DNA from: an uncultured Candidatus Brevefilum sp. | Lineage (GTDB): Bacteria; Chloroflexota; Anaerolineae; Anaerolineales; Anaerolineaceae | Assembly: GCA_964558525.1 (NCBI GenBank) | Contig: CAZLEK010000001.1 | Span: 22,443 to 86,442 of the forward strand | Direction of reading: 5' to 3' | Length of the DNA stretch: 64,000 nucleotides | Shown here: positions 55,230 through 64,000 of the stretch, in pieces | How the letters are laid out: the number at the start of each line of letters is the position of its first letter | Numbering within the stretch: the first letter of the stretch is position 1 | Made by a program: the position numbers and the translations under genes | Notes under the pieces: generated by a model | Seen by the model: only the letters and a program-made list of their open reading frames with translations | What the model was told of the DNA's origin: nothing | The model's database searches: none

Positions 55230-56795
55230 ATGAGTAAAAAACCCGACAAAAATGTAATTATGGTGGTGCTCGACACCCACCGTTTTGACCGAATGGGGTC
55301 TTATGGTTACGATCGGCCCACCACACCCAATCTTGACAGTCTTGCTTCAGAAAGTTTGTTTTTTGAACGGGCCATTGCTCCCGGTCAGTGGACGATCCCC
55401 TCGCACGCTTCTTTATTCAGCGGGGAAGTTCCAGCAGTACATGGCACGCTTCAGGCGGATGATGCTCTTCCGAAGGAATTTAAGACCCTGGCGGCACGGC
55501 TAACAGCCACAGGTGTCCGGACCACTGGATTTTGCAACAATCCACTGGTGGGCATCATTCAGAATGGTTTCAAGCGTGGATTTGATCAATTCTATAATTA
55601 CTGCGGTGTAGTGCCCTCCACTCCGCAAAAAGAAATCGACGATCTTTGGAGACCTTTCCGAAAATTATGGTCCAAATACACCCAAATCTTGCGGCGTCTT
55701 TCCTACCCCATCCAAAATGCATTTGCCTCACCCAACGATTTCTTTTTTGCAGCGTTAAGGCCTCTGTTTGTCCCGATGTGGACCCGGGCAGCGAATTTTA
55801 AAGGAATGACGGAACGCTCGATCCGGGATACATCGTCTTTTGCGAGGAAAATGAGCCAGGAACGCTCCGGCGACAATTTTGTATTCTTAAACCTGATGGA
55901 AACGCATATGCCTTATGCGCCCCCTGAGGCTTTTATTAAGCGGTTTGCCCCGTATTTTTATGAGACTCCTGAAGCCGGGCAGTTCATGCGTGCGTTTAAT
56001 CGCAAAGCGATGCAATGGTTGATCCCGCTGGCCGAGCCGTTGGGTGATCTTGAATCTGCTACCTTATCGGATCTTTACGACGCTGAGGTTGCTTATCAGG
56101 ATCATCTACTGTCTCAACTCATTGAAGCGCTCGACACACCCTACCATCGCGAGCATTCCCTGGTGATATTTTTGGCGGACCACGGTGAAATGTTAGGAGA
56201 GCACGGTTTTATGGGGCATGGCTTTGGCGTCTACGAACCCTTGATCCATGTGCCCTTGTTTATGCGTTTCCCTGAGCTTTCCCAGTCCATGCGGATCCCA
56301 CAGCGTGTTTCAATCACGCAGCTGTTCCACACGGTGTTAGACTATTATGGCTTTGAATCTGCTTCAATGCCCTACGCCGATGCCGTGGATGTTGGCTGCC
56401 AGAGCCTCCTGCGCTTCAAAAACAGAAAGGGCTGTTCGCAAAACCCCGTCATAGCTGAGGCCTATGCGCCCGAAAACGCTATCCGGATCATGCGCAATAA
56501 TAAGCCCGGTTTGATCGAGCAGCACCATGCGGATTATCCCCGCCGCGCAGTTTACCAGCAAGATGAAAAATTAATCGCTGTTGAAGGATTATCAAATCGC
56601 CTGTATAATCTGGCTGGAGATCCTAACGAACTGCACCCCTACCAAGACTCTGCGCGTTTGGACGGGCTGTTAGCAGAATTGGAAGATTACCTCGATCTGG
56701 CAGCAGCCAGGCGGCGTGGTGCATCCAATCGAAAAATTTCGCTGAAAGATGAACTTGTCCAACAGCGATTGCGAGATTTAGGTTACATTGAATAA
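55230..56795 (+). CDS. Sulfatase-fold (alkaline phosphatase superfamily) hydrolase/transferase with a Thr in the nucleophile position
   Basis: VVLDTHRFD, TTPNLDSLA and LADHGE blocks. The nucleophile segment reads WTIPSHASLFSG instead of C/S-x-P-x-R. Confidence 0.8.
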   Translation: MSKKPDKNVIMVVLDTHRFDRMGSYGYDRPTTPNLDSLASESLFFERAIAPGQWTIPSHASLFSGEVPAVHGTLQADDALPKEFKTLAARLTATGVRTTGFCNNPLVGIIQNGFKRGFDQFYNYCGVVPSTPQKEIDDLWRPFRKLWSKYTQILRRLSYPIQNAFASPNDFFFAALRPLFVPMWTRAANFKGMTERSIRDTSSFARKMSQERSGDNFVFLNLMETHMPYAPPEAFIKRFAPYFYETPEAGQFMRAFNRKAMQWLIPLAEPLGDLESATLSDLYDAEVAYQDHLLSQLIEALDTPYHREHSLVIFLADHGEMLGEHGFMGHGFGVYEPLIHVPLFMRFPELSQSMRIPQRVSITQLFHTVLDYYGFESASMPYADAVDVGCQSLLRFKNRKGCSQNPVIAEAYAPENAIRIMRNNKPGLIEQHHADYPRRAVYQQDEKLIAVEGLSNRLYNLAGDPNELHPYQDSARLDGLLAELEDYLDLAAARRRGASNRKISLKDELVQQRLRDLGYIE

Positions 56796-56820
56796 TTGTT
56801 TTTAGAAGGAGTAATTTCGT

Positions 56821-57765
56821 ATGATTGATCCTGTGATTTTCACCATTGAGATTGGGAATTTTACTTTTTCTTTATACTGGTACGGCGTCCTGGTGATGCT
56901 GGGAGTGGCTGCAGCAACCTGGCTGTCCGCAGTGGAGTTCAAGCGTAGAGGCCAGGATCCAGACTATATCTGGGACAGCTTGTTGTGGATTCTGCCGGCG
57001 GGTATTGTCGGCGCACGATTATGGTACGTGCTCAATACCACTCTGGGTGGAAACATGCGCTATATCACCAATCCGATTGCCATTTTTCAGCTGCGTCAGG
57101 GTGGTTTACATTATTTCGGCGCCATCCTGTTTGGCGCCATTGCCTTCTATTTTTATGCAAAGAAGATGGGCCTGGATATCTGGCTGGCCCTGGACGCGGT
57201 GGCCCCTGGCCTGTTGATCGGCCAGGCGATCGCCCGTCCGGCGAATTTCATCAACCAGGAGCTCTATGGACCGCCAACGGAACTCCCCTGGGGCATCCAG
57301 ATTGATGCTGCCAATCGGATTCCGCCCTGGAATAATATGGCCCTTTTTCCCCCGGATACCCGCTTTCATCCGGCCTTTGCTTATGAGATCCTGTGGAATG
57401 TATTTGCAGCCGGCATCCTGCTGGTTTTGGCGCGGAAATTTAAGGATCGCATGAAACCCGGTGTGGTGTTTGGCGCCTGGTTGATTTTGGCGGGAGTGGG
57501 GCGCAACATCATCGAGTTCTTCCGCCCTGATCAGCCGACTTTTCCGGGCACGGGATTTAGCTATTCCCGGTTTGTCGCGCTTATCATGATTCTTGTTGGT
57601 GTGATCATGGTTTTAATCAAATATAAAGTTTTAAAGATTGGGTTTATACCCGCAGGCCGCGAGGAATATAAAATCGCCCCGCCATTGGAAGCTCGCCTGG
57701 AAGATAAGAAGACCAAAGGTGGAAAGCAGGCGGGGCCTTCAGGAAAGGAAGAATCCGAAGAATAA
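56821..57765 (+). CDS. lgt: Prolipoprotein diacylglyceryl transferase
   Basis: Polytopic 314 aa with typical Lgt blocks (YWYGVLVMLG, GARLWYV, GQAIARPANFINQELYG). Confidence 0.92.
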   Translation: MIDPVIFTIEIGNFTFSLYWYGVLVMLGVAAATWLSAVEFKRRGQDPDYIWDSLLWILPAGIVGARLWYVLNTTLGGNMRYITNPIAIFQLRQGGLHYFGAILFGAIAFYFYAKKMGLDIWLALDAVAPGLLIGQAIARPANFINQELYGPPTELPWGIQIDAANRIPPWNNMALFPPDTRFHPAFAYEILWNVFAAGILLVLARKFKDRMKPGVVFGAWLILAGVGRNIIEFFRPDQPTFPGTGFSYSRFVALIMILVGVIMVLIKYKVLKIGFIPAGREEYKIAPPLEARLEDKKTKGGKQAGPSGKEESEE

Positions 57766-57817
57766 ACTCTTAATCCCAGGCTTTATTCGGATGTATTTCC
57801 ACACATATCTATACCAT

Positions 57818-57845
57818 AGCTACGCCACCGTGAGGGGGCGTAGCT
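57818..57845. terminator. Hairpin between convergent lgt and the phosphatase gene
   Basis: 9-bp stem: AGCTACGCC (57818..57826) pairs with GGCGTAGCT (57837..57845). No clear U tract. Confidence 0.4.
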
Positions 57846-57999
57846 GCATAAATTGTAAAAGACACTTATTTAATCAATCCTTTTTTCACAAAGGCAGACA
57901 CAAAAGGTCCTCGATCCCAAGAGGGATGTTTTCCAGGGCGCTCAGTGGATTAGCTTCGGTGTAAGCTCATTATTAAACCATTGGCGCGGAAAAATTTCC

Positions 58000-58464
58000 T
58001 CAATTCTCAGGAAGCATCTCTTTAAGATATGCGTAAAAGGCTTTCACGCCTTTCTCAATCAGTACAAAAGCCTGGGGGAAAGTGTCCGTGGGGTAGGGAT
58101 CGGGAATATCTTTGACTTCCGCGCCCTTAACGAAATCCATTAGCAACTGTACATTTTCCCCGCCGCCGAGTTCATCAGCCACCCTTTGGGACATGGCGAT
58201 CAGGTAATCTGCCGCCTCAATGTCTTGAAGTGTGATCAGTTGGGCGCGTTTCTCGGGGTCCAGCAAGTAGTTGTGCTGGTTAAGCAGTCGCTGCGTACGA
58301 TGATCTGGGCGCAATCCCAGATCCCAAGCCCTGGTCCCGGCGGAGGATATGTCCAACTGGTGTAGATGTCCGCCGCGGCGTGCCAGCGTTTTCAGGATAG
58401 CCTCCGCCATGGGGGAGCGGCAGTAATTCCCCAGGCAGACAAACACAATCTTAACCCTGTTCAT
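58000..58464 (-). CDS. Low-molecular-weight protein-tyrosine phosphatase
   Basis: VCLGNYCRSPMAE (C-x5-R-S) and a DP motif. The start is probably MNRVKIVF at 58464, overlapping the GH20 stop. Confidence 0.85.
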   Translation of the reverse strand: MNRVKIVFVCLGNYCRSPMAEAILKTLARRGGHLHQLDISSAGTRAWDLGLRPDHRTQRLLNQHNYLLDPEKRAQLITLQDIEAADYLIAMSQRVADELGGGENVQLLMDFVKGAEVKDIPDPYPTDTFPQAFVLIEKGVKAFYAYLKEMLPEN

Positions 58465-60319
58465 TGGCAGCTTTGTATTCATTGAGCAGCAGGTCAAAAC
58501 CGGTCAGGCTGTCAATAAGTCCGCCGGGCCGGTTCCTCGCCAGCCAGACCGATTGGAATTCAGCCATTAAACTACCCACTTCGTGTAGCGGTTGCTGGAT
58601 ATCAGGTTTATCCGCGGCGCCATAGATCAAAAGCGCCCGCCGGCAGGCGTGGGCCATCAATTTGATGGTCAACTCAAGCTCATTCTTAAGCAGCAGGGCA
58701 TCCTTGCGTTGGATCCGGTGTTGATTAAGCAGCTTGAGGTGCGACTTTAGGCGGGAAAGGCTGTCATGGATCGGTCTCAGATCTACAATTGCATACCTGT
58801 GTAAAACCTTAGAGGATTCTTGCAAAAGCCAAAACAGGGGAGAACTGTTTGGCAGACGCAGGCCCCAACGCTGGTATTCCTCTCCAATGTCCAACAACGT
58901 CTTGCCAACATTTCCGGATGAGTCCTGAAAAATTATTTCATTCAGGATCGATTCAAGCTTGAGTGAACCATTGGCCTCAAGACACCAGCTGAAAGCTGCG
59001 CCGGCAGCCAAACCAGGGTAACTGATCGGGAGCTGCTGCCAGTGCCCGTTGTCGCCCCAGTCCGTGTTGAGGTAGCCAATAGCGCCATTTTCGAGCCCAG
59101 CCTGAGCGGCTGACCTACAGTTTGCGAGCATGTTAGATACCCGACCCCCCAGGCTGTTCCAGGAAGATGTGCCTGGGCAGACGTAGAATGGGATGCCGGA
59201 TTTGTGGAATTGTCTGGTTGTCGTACTAAAGGGGTGATCACCTTCATAACCCCAATCCAGGGCGGTCACATTCTTCGGCAATTGCGGGATCAGTTCCGGG
59301 TGTTCCAGGATGATGTCCCCCCAAAACTGCATCTGGAAGCCGCGCTGGCTCAGGTGCCAGTGCAGGGCCAAGAGGTAGTCCAGGTAGACCTGGCCTTTGC
59401 CTTGTTTCTTTACGGCAGTTCTTGATACGCCCTGACCGATGTCGAAGGCTTCGTCGCAGCCGACATTAATCTGTCGGCTTGAAAAATTAGGCAGAAGTTG
59501 GTCGTAAAGACCGGTGATGAATTCAAGGGTCTCCGGAAGGACCGGCGCCAGGCTGAAGGGTTTTTCCTGAATGTGGCCCCAGGGGGTTTGCACTGGTTTG
59601 GTCGTCTCCGCTAGGCGCCGGTAGTTGGGGTGCATGAGCCAGCGCGTCATATGGCCCAGGGAGTTCTGGTTTGGAACCAGCTCAATGAACCGCTCAGCGC
59701 AGTGATGGTCCAACTTCAAGATATCTTCTGGGGTCAGGGGCGAAGCATTCTGCCAGACCACCTCATGGCCCTGGTAGGCAAAGGTGTGCTCCATGTAAAG
59801 CTGGAGCTGGTTGACCTTCCAGGAAGACAGTTCGTCGGCCAGCATGAACAATGTTTCCAGCTTGTAAACCTTGTCGCGGCTTATGTCGAGCATCACGCCG
59901 CGCGCCTCATAATCGGGCCAATCCTGGATCTCCAGGCAGGGGAGTTGATTGGCCTGGGTTTGGCGGATCAGCTGCTGCAGGGTTTGGATGCCGTAAAACA
60001 GGCCCTGGGGTGTCTTTCCAAGGATTTTAATCCCTTCGGGATCAATCAGGAGTTGATACCCTTGCAGATGCATTTCTACATCTGGATCCACAACCAGCAA
60101 GATCCCGTTCAGTTTTTTATTTTGGGATCCGCCGGCTGTGATTTGCCATTGGTTCCCCCACTGATTTTCAAGCGTCTCAGCCAGTTGTTCAGCGGTGAAA
60201 AGCAGTGACTGAGGCGCCGCTGCCTTGATTTGGATAGAGGATTTCTCAGATGGAAAATAATCACCATTATCGGTCCTCAGCTTCCTCGGATGGGGAAGCA
60301 AGGTGAAATCCACGTTCAT
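58451..60319 (-). CDS. Glycoside hydrolase family 20-like beta-N-acetylhexosaminidase
   Basis: RGVMLDISRD and NVGCDEAFDIG (D-E catalytic pair) motifs; 622 aa. Confidence 0.78.
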   Translation of the reverse strand: MNVDFTLLPHPRKLRTDNGDYFPSEKSSIQIKAAAPQSLLFTAEQLAETLENQWGNQWQITAGGSQNKKLNGILLVVDPDVEMHLQGYQLLIDPEGIKILGKTPQGLFYGIQTLQQLIRQTQANQLPCLEIQDWPDYEARGVMLDISRDKVYKLETLFMLADELSSWKVNQLQLYMEHTFAYQGHEVVWQNASPLTPEDILKLDHHCAERFIELVPNQNSLGHMTRWLMHPNYRRLAETTKPVQTPWGHIQEKPFSLAPVLPETLEFITGLYDQLLPNFSSRQINVGCDEAFDIGQGVSRTAVKKQGKGQVYLDYLLALHWHLSQRGFQMQFWGDIILEHPELIPQLPKNVTALDWGYEGDHPFSTTTRQFHKSGIPFYVCPGTSSWNSLGGRVSNMLANCRSAAQAGLENGAIGYLNTDWGDNGHWQQLPISYPGLAAGAAFSWCLEANGSLKLESILNEIIFQDSSGNVGKTLLDIGEEYQRWGLRLPNSSPLFWLLQESSKVLHRYAIVDLRPIHDSLSRLKSHLKLLNQHRIQRKDALLLKNELELTIKLMAHACRRALLIYGAADKPDIQQPLHEVGSLMAEFQSVWLARNRPGGLIDSLTGFDLLLNEYKAANEQG

Positions 60320-61173
60320 TGGTCACCTGTCCTTAGGCGATCCAATCGCCTGGTAACATCATTGGCAAAAGATTGGATGGCGCCTGCGATATAGCGGTCG
60401 ACCGCCATGCTGGAATGATTAACCAGCGGAGTCAGGTCCATGGCATACACCAGCCTTGTTGATCCATCCGTTGCGTGGGATTGGTAGTAAGTAGCATTGG
60501 CCAGGCGTCGGCCCATTGTGGCCAGGTCATAGCGCTTGCCGCCAGCGATTTGGGATTCAAAAACGCTGATCAGAGCTTCTTGCAGATCGACATGTCGAGA
60601 AACGTCGAAGACGATCTTCTTCTCATCCGGCAGCCAGTCCAACCCGCGCCACACCTCGCAGCCGTAGAGTTTAAGCCCTTCAATCGGCGGGTCGAGACCC
60701 CTCAGGGCCTCTATCACAGACAATGCAACAGCTACATGGGTATCGTGTTTGTCCGCCAGGTTGTGGGTATAAACCACTGTTGGGTTTGCTTCTTTCAGGA
60801 TCAATTTAAGGTCCTTGACGACATTCTTCCGGGCAGGGGTTTTCGTGGTCTTACTGGAGACATTCAGCAGGATCTGGGCGAGATACTTCCCAAGGGTGGC
60901 GGCCTTTTTTTGTTCTCCGACCCGGATCTCCCAAAGATCGTCATCAGACATGCCTGCATAAGGTCCAGAGCGCGGCGCACCCCGGCCGTCCGTGACCGTG
61001 ACTCCAGTGAAGTGTTTTTCAGGGTTATCATAAGCTTCAAGAATCCCATGGATGGCAAAGATTTCGAGATCATCTTGATGGGCGCCGATCCCAAGATGGG
61101 TGGTATTGCACAGCTTTGTTGCATGATTATCTGGAAAGAATATTTCAGCTTCAGGATTAGAAAAAGCAAGCAT
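60316..61173 (-). CDS. PIG-L/LmbE family deacetylase
   Basis: GAHQDDLEIFA motif and HDTH. GGAGG RBS. ATGA overlap with the GH20 gene. Confidence 0.8.
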   Translation of the reverse strand: MLAFSNPEAEIFFPDNHATKLCNTTHLGIGAHQDDLEIFAIHGILEAYDNPEKHFTGVTVTDGRGAPRSGPYAGMSDDDLWEIRVGEQKKAATLGKYLAQILLNVSSKTTKTPARKNVVKDLKLILKEANPTVVYTHNLADKHDTHVAVALSVIEALRGLDPPIEGLKLYGCEVWRGLDWLPDEKKIVFDVSRHVDLQEALISVFESQIAGGKRYDLATMGRRLANATYYQSHATDGSTRLVYAMDLTPLVNHSSMAVDRYIAGAIQSFANDVTRRLDRLRTGDQ

Positions 61174-61325
61174 GTTTACCTCCGGTCATTTATTTTATCT
61201 TTAAATCTTACTGCCGGCAGTCGCTAGAAGATCCTGAAAATATTATAATTACGGTCTAAGGCCAAAAGATGCTCGTTCTCGATCAAATATATCCCTGGAA
61301 AAATTATTTATTCGCTCTATTTCCC

Positions 61326-61529
61326 TTCTGGAGTGAGAGCCCTGCCTGGAGCCCAGCGGGACACCTTCAGGTGCAGAGCACGAAGGGCGTGAGGGTTAGC
61401 CAGACGGATTGGACACGCATCTGAAAATGAAAGGCGCCTAAAAATAGGCGACAATTGCTAGACGTTCATTTGAGTAGATTTACCCCGTTGATATCTTAAT
61501 TCAGTCGACCTGAAGGTCTCACTCCGGAA
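61326..61529. repeat. Nested long-range inverted repeats enclosing about 135 nt
   Basis: Helix A: 61326..61338 pairs with 61517..61529 (13 bp including one G-U). Helix B: 61363..61372 pairs with 61508..61517 (10 bp). Paired by hand. Confidence 0.55.
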
Positions 61530-61814
61530 TGCGATGGTAGATTTGATTAACCTATCAAGCATGGCTTCAAGAAATTCACTTCTGGATAAATCTATGTATC
61601 CATCACCTGGCAGGTTATATTTTGTGTTCTGAAAATCCCCTGCATACCCACAAAAATAATGAAAAATGGGGAAAGTGAGAAAGTCAGGTGAATTTCACAT
61701 CATGACAGGTCAATAGATCCCTGTCCTGGCCGATTGTGTGTAGATAGTGCCCTGAAATGCGCGGTTATGACGGTAATGATGCTAAAAAATTTGATTAATA
61801 GGAAGCTCAGGTAA

Positions 61815-61855
61815 TTAAAAAGGAAAATTGAAACGGCGCTGCACGCAACGCCGTT
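61815..61855 (-). terminator. Rho-independent terminator of the second hydrogenase operon
   Basis: AACGGCG (61832..61838) pairs with CGCCGTT (61849..61855). On the minus strand it is followed by TCAATTTTCCTTTTT. Confidence 0.65.
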
Positions 61856-61918
61856 CTGGAATCAATCTCTGATTAACCGGTGACTTCATGAACTGCCCCC
61901 GTCTTGATACAATAGGCG

Positions 61919-62896
61919 CTAGTCTTTATCCTTTGTCAAATCAGGCAGGATGTGCCCTTGCAGGGCGAGAATCAGATCCCGGCGTTTGAGGGCGCGCTTG
62001 CGGTCAATCTCTACAGCGCTGGCTTTGTCGTCCGCCAGTTTGCGCAGGGCTTCGATCCAGGCTGCGCTCTTGACCGGCGTATGACGAACACGCCAGCGTT
62101 CGACTTTGATCGCCAGATCATCCTCATTGGTCAATTTTTGATAGGACCGGGTCAGGGTCATTCCCTGGGATTCAAAGGTGAATTCCACATCATCAAACTC
62201 AGGCTTGATCGGGCAGGCGTGCATGCAGGCGCCGCACTTGATGCAGAAATAGTCTGCCAGCACCAGCTCACCGTCATCGTTAACATGCAGGGCGCGGGTG
62301 GGACAAACATCCGCGCAGGCTGTACAGCCCTCCACGCAGCGCTCGCGATGAAGCTCCACGCTGCCCTGCCAGGCCTGGGTCACCTTGAAAGCGCCATCCG
62401 ACGCCACCTCGCATTGGCGGCAGCGGATGCAATCTTCGTATCGGATTGCCATGGTGTCCTTTTCATCGTCGTAACTGATGACATTCGTCGGGCAGTTGTC
62501 CATGACAAAATCCTTCAAGGAGAAATCAAATGCCTCCTTCTCAAAACTGATGTGCCCACGCACTTCTGGGAATGCATCGTATTCTAAAACAGGATTTTCG
62601 GGTTTGCCGTTGATCTGCATCTCAATGGCATGCACCGGGCAGATCTCTACACAAATGCCGCACATTACACAGGCATCCGGGTCCACATCCACCGAAGGGG
62701 GCGTGGCCATCCGGCCATCCACAATTTCCCCATCGATATGGGTCAAAGCTTCCTTGGGGCAGGCTGTCGGCCCCATCTGGCAGCCCACGCAGCGCGCCAG
62801 GTCCCAGGTCATCAGGTAATGGCGGGTGACCATTGGACGTTCAAGGGTCATTTGGGTTTCGCTTCGGTTTTTAAGGGTTTTTGCACGATCGCTCAT
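61919..62896 (-). CDS. Polyferredoxin (multiple [4Fe-4S] motifs), MvhB-like in position
   Basis: Several CxxCxxCxxxCP-type motifs (CVMCGICVEICP, CVEGCTACADVCP, CIKCGACMHACP and others). AGGAGG RBS, 9 nt after the large-subunit stop. Confidence 0.85.
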   Translation of the reverse strand: MSDRAKTLKNRSETQMTLERPMVTRHYLMTWDLARCVGCQMGPTACPKEALTHIDGEIVDGRMATPPSVDVDPDACVMCGICVEICPVHAIEMQINGKPENPVLEYDAFPEVRGHISFEKEAFDFSLKDFVMDNCPTNVISYDDEKDTMAIRYEDCIRCRQCEVASDGAFKVTQAWQGSVELHRERCVEGCTACADVCPTRALHVNDDGELVLADYFCIKCGACMHACPIKPEFDDVEFTFESQGMTLTRSYQKLTNEDDLAIKVERWRVRHTPVKSAAWIEALRKLADDKASAVEIDRKRALKRRDLILALQGHILPDLTKDKD

Positions 62897-62905
62897 GGTG
62901 ACCTC

Positions 62906-64000
62906 CTAATCCCTTTGAATCTCTTCGATGAGTCTGCGCTGATGGTCAAAGAGCTTAATCTGGAGCGGCGTCTCACCGGGTTGGGCATGTGTGGCGCATC
63001 CCATGCAGGGATCGTAGGCTCGGAAAGCCATCTCAATTTTGTTGAGGGCGGTATCCGTGACCGGTTCCCCAGCTTTGATCAGATCTTTGGCAGCTTTCAC
63101 GATGGACATGTCGATCGCGGCATAATTATTGGTGGTCCCAACGATCAGGTTGACCGCCTGCACGAGGCCGCGTTGATCGGTTTTGTAGTGGTGGGTCAGG
63201 GTGCCGCGGGGGGCTTCAACAATGGCGATGCCCTCGGTTGGGATCTCTGTGGGAATGGTGTGTACTTTAGGATCGGTGATGGACTCGTCCGAAGCCAGTT
63301 CTGCAGCCCGTTCCGCTGCGTAGAGCAGTTCAATCAGGCGCGCCCAGTGTGTGGCCAGGGTGGAGTGCACCGGCTTTCCGCCCAGCGTAGCGAAGAACTT
63401 CTCATACATGGCCTGGGCTTCAGGCGTTGTCATACCATCAGCTGTATTCAAACGGGAGAGTGGTGAAGCCCGGTAGACGCCGCTTTCGGGGCCGTCCACA
63501 AAACCCTTCCAACCAATGTCTTTGAGGTAGGGAAATTTCAGATATGTCCAGGGCTCAATATGTTCAGAGATCACGTCAAGGTATTCTTCGGGGCTGTATT
63601 TGACAAATTCTTCCCCGTCGGGGCCGACCACCCGGACCTGGCCGTCATAGAAATTAATTAGGTTGTTTTCGTCCACCAGGCCCATGTAGTAGGTTTCGTG
63701 GGCGAAAGCGTCACTGGTGATCATGTCAACATATTCTTTGTTGCCAAGAACAATTTCATCAAACAGCTGCAGTGATTCTTTAGCAAAGGCAACCGAACGT
63801 TCTGCCCGTTCCAGGATCGCCAGGCGGTCTTCTTCGGTGATCGGTTTGCTGACGCCGCCAATAATTGCGCTGACGGAATGGATGTAGCGTCCGCCGATGA
63901 TCGCTGCAATCTCGTGGTTGTCCTTTAGCATCTGCATGACCTTGCCGCCGATCTCTTTACCAACCTTGCGGACCACGCCCAGGATGTTGCGTTCGGATTT
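62906..64000 (-). CDS. Second NiFe hydrogenase large subunit, C-terminal part (5' end outside the window)
   Basis: C-terminal ligand motif DPCMGCATHA plus a tail of about 26 aa. The frame is open to the window edge; the track ORF begins at an internal Met. Confidence 0.9.
   Translation of the reverse strand, partial: KSERNILGVVRKVGKEIGGKVMQMLKDNHEIAAIIGGRYIHSVSAIIGGVSKPITEEDRLAILERAERSVAFAKESLQLFDEIVLGNKEYVDMITSDAFAHETYYMGLVDENNLINFYDGQVRVVGPDGEEFVKYSPEEYLDVISEHIEPWTYLKFPYLKDIGWKGFVDGPESGVYRASPLSRLNTADGMTTPEAQAMYEKFFATLGGKPVHSTLATHWARLIELLYAAERAAELASDESITDPKVHTIPTEIPTEGIAIVEAPRGTLTHHYKTDQRGLVQAVNLIVGTTNNYAAIDMSIVKAAKDLIKAGEPVTDTALNKIEMAFRAYDPCMGCATHAQPGETPLQIKLFDHQRRLIEEIQRD

Noticed and set aside
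1-64000. A search for CRISPR arrays, IS elements, integrases, toxin-antitoxin pairs and defence-system hallmarks
   Set aside because: I saw no regularly spaced repeats, no DDE/HUH/tyrosine-recombinase-like ORFs and no nuclease/helicase/ATPase defence architectures. The window looks like core chromosome.

Overview
This is a 64-kb chromosomal window of moderate GC with about 70 protein genes, one tRNA (His) and one T-box leader. I saw no rRNA, CRISPR array, transposase, integrase or phage genes. All product calls come from motif recognition by eye in the supplied translations; no database search was possible.

Contents in order:
(1) 1-13.7 kb is an iron and Fe-S block: a Zn-dependent alcohol dehydrogenase, feoAB, a DUF59 protein, a SufR-like regulator, sufCBD and a Rieske ferredoxin. 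It is interrupted by a duplicated two-gene module (LysM protein plus a 56-aa membrane protein absent from the ORF track) and an 835-nt ORF-free spacer.
(2) 13.8-34.4 kb is a roughly 20-kb run of 26 genes, all on the minus strand. From its 5' end it holds a DRTGG / CBS-GHKL kinase-like / DRTGG / PHP sensory cassette, then an Hnd/HydABC-type flavin module (NuoE-like, GHKL ATPase, Cys-less HndB-like, NuoF-like with a 2x[4Fe-4S] tail). A complete group-3d-like NiFe hydrogenase follows directly (HoxE, HoxF, a 636-aa NuoG-like HoxU, HoxY, HoxH, endopeptidase). The run ends with a stand-alone cNMP-binding protein, hypA-B-F-C-D-E, a methyltransferase and a PIG-L deacetylase.
(3) 34.6-53 kb is mostly housekeeping and metal genes: hisS with tRNA-His, an ECF transporter (A1, A2, T, S), a His-rich CsoR/InrS-like metalloregulator, a sulfotransferase plus FGE-type lipoprotein, a CopB-type P-type ATPase, T-box-controlled ileS, lspA, rluD and a threonine aldolase.
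(4) 53-61 kb holds a metallophosphoesterase, a small sulfotransferase-like protein and a sulfatase-fold enzyme, then lgt, then a PIG-L / GH20 / LMW-PTP operon.
(5) 61.9-64 kb is the 3' part of a second NiFe hydrogenase: the C-terminal part of its large subunit plus a polyferredoxin.

The most unusual feature is the hydrogenase locus. Two paralogous NuoE/NuoF pairs lie in series in front of a single NiFe catalytic dimer, with no FeFe subunit, degenerate thioredoxin-like modules and an attached nucleotide-sensing/kinase cassette.
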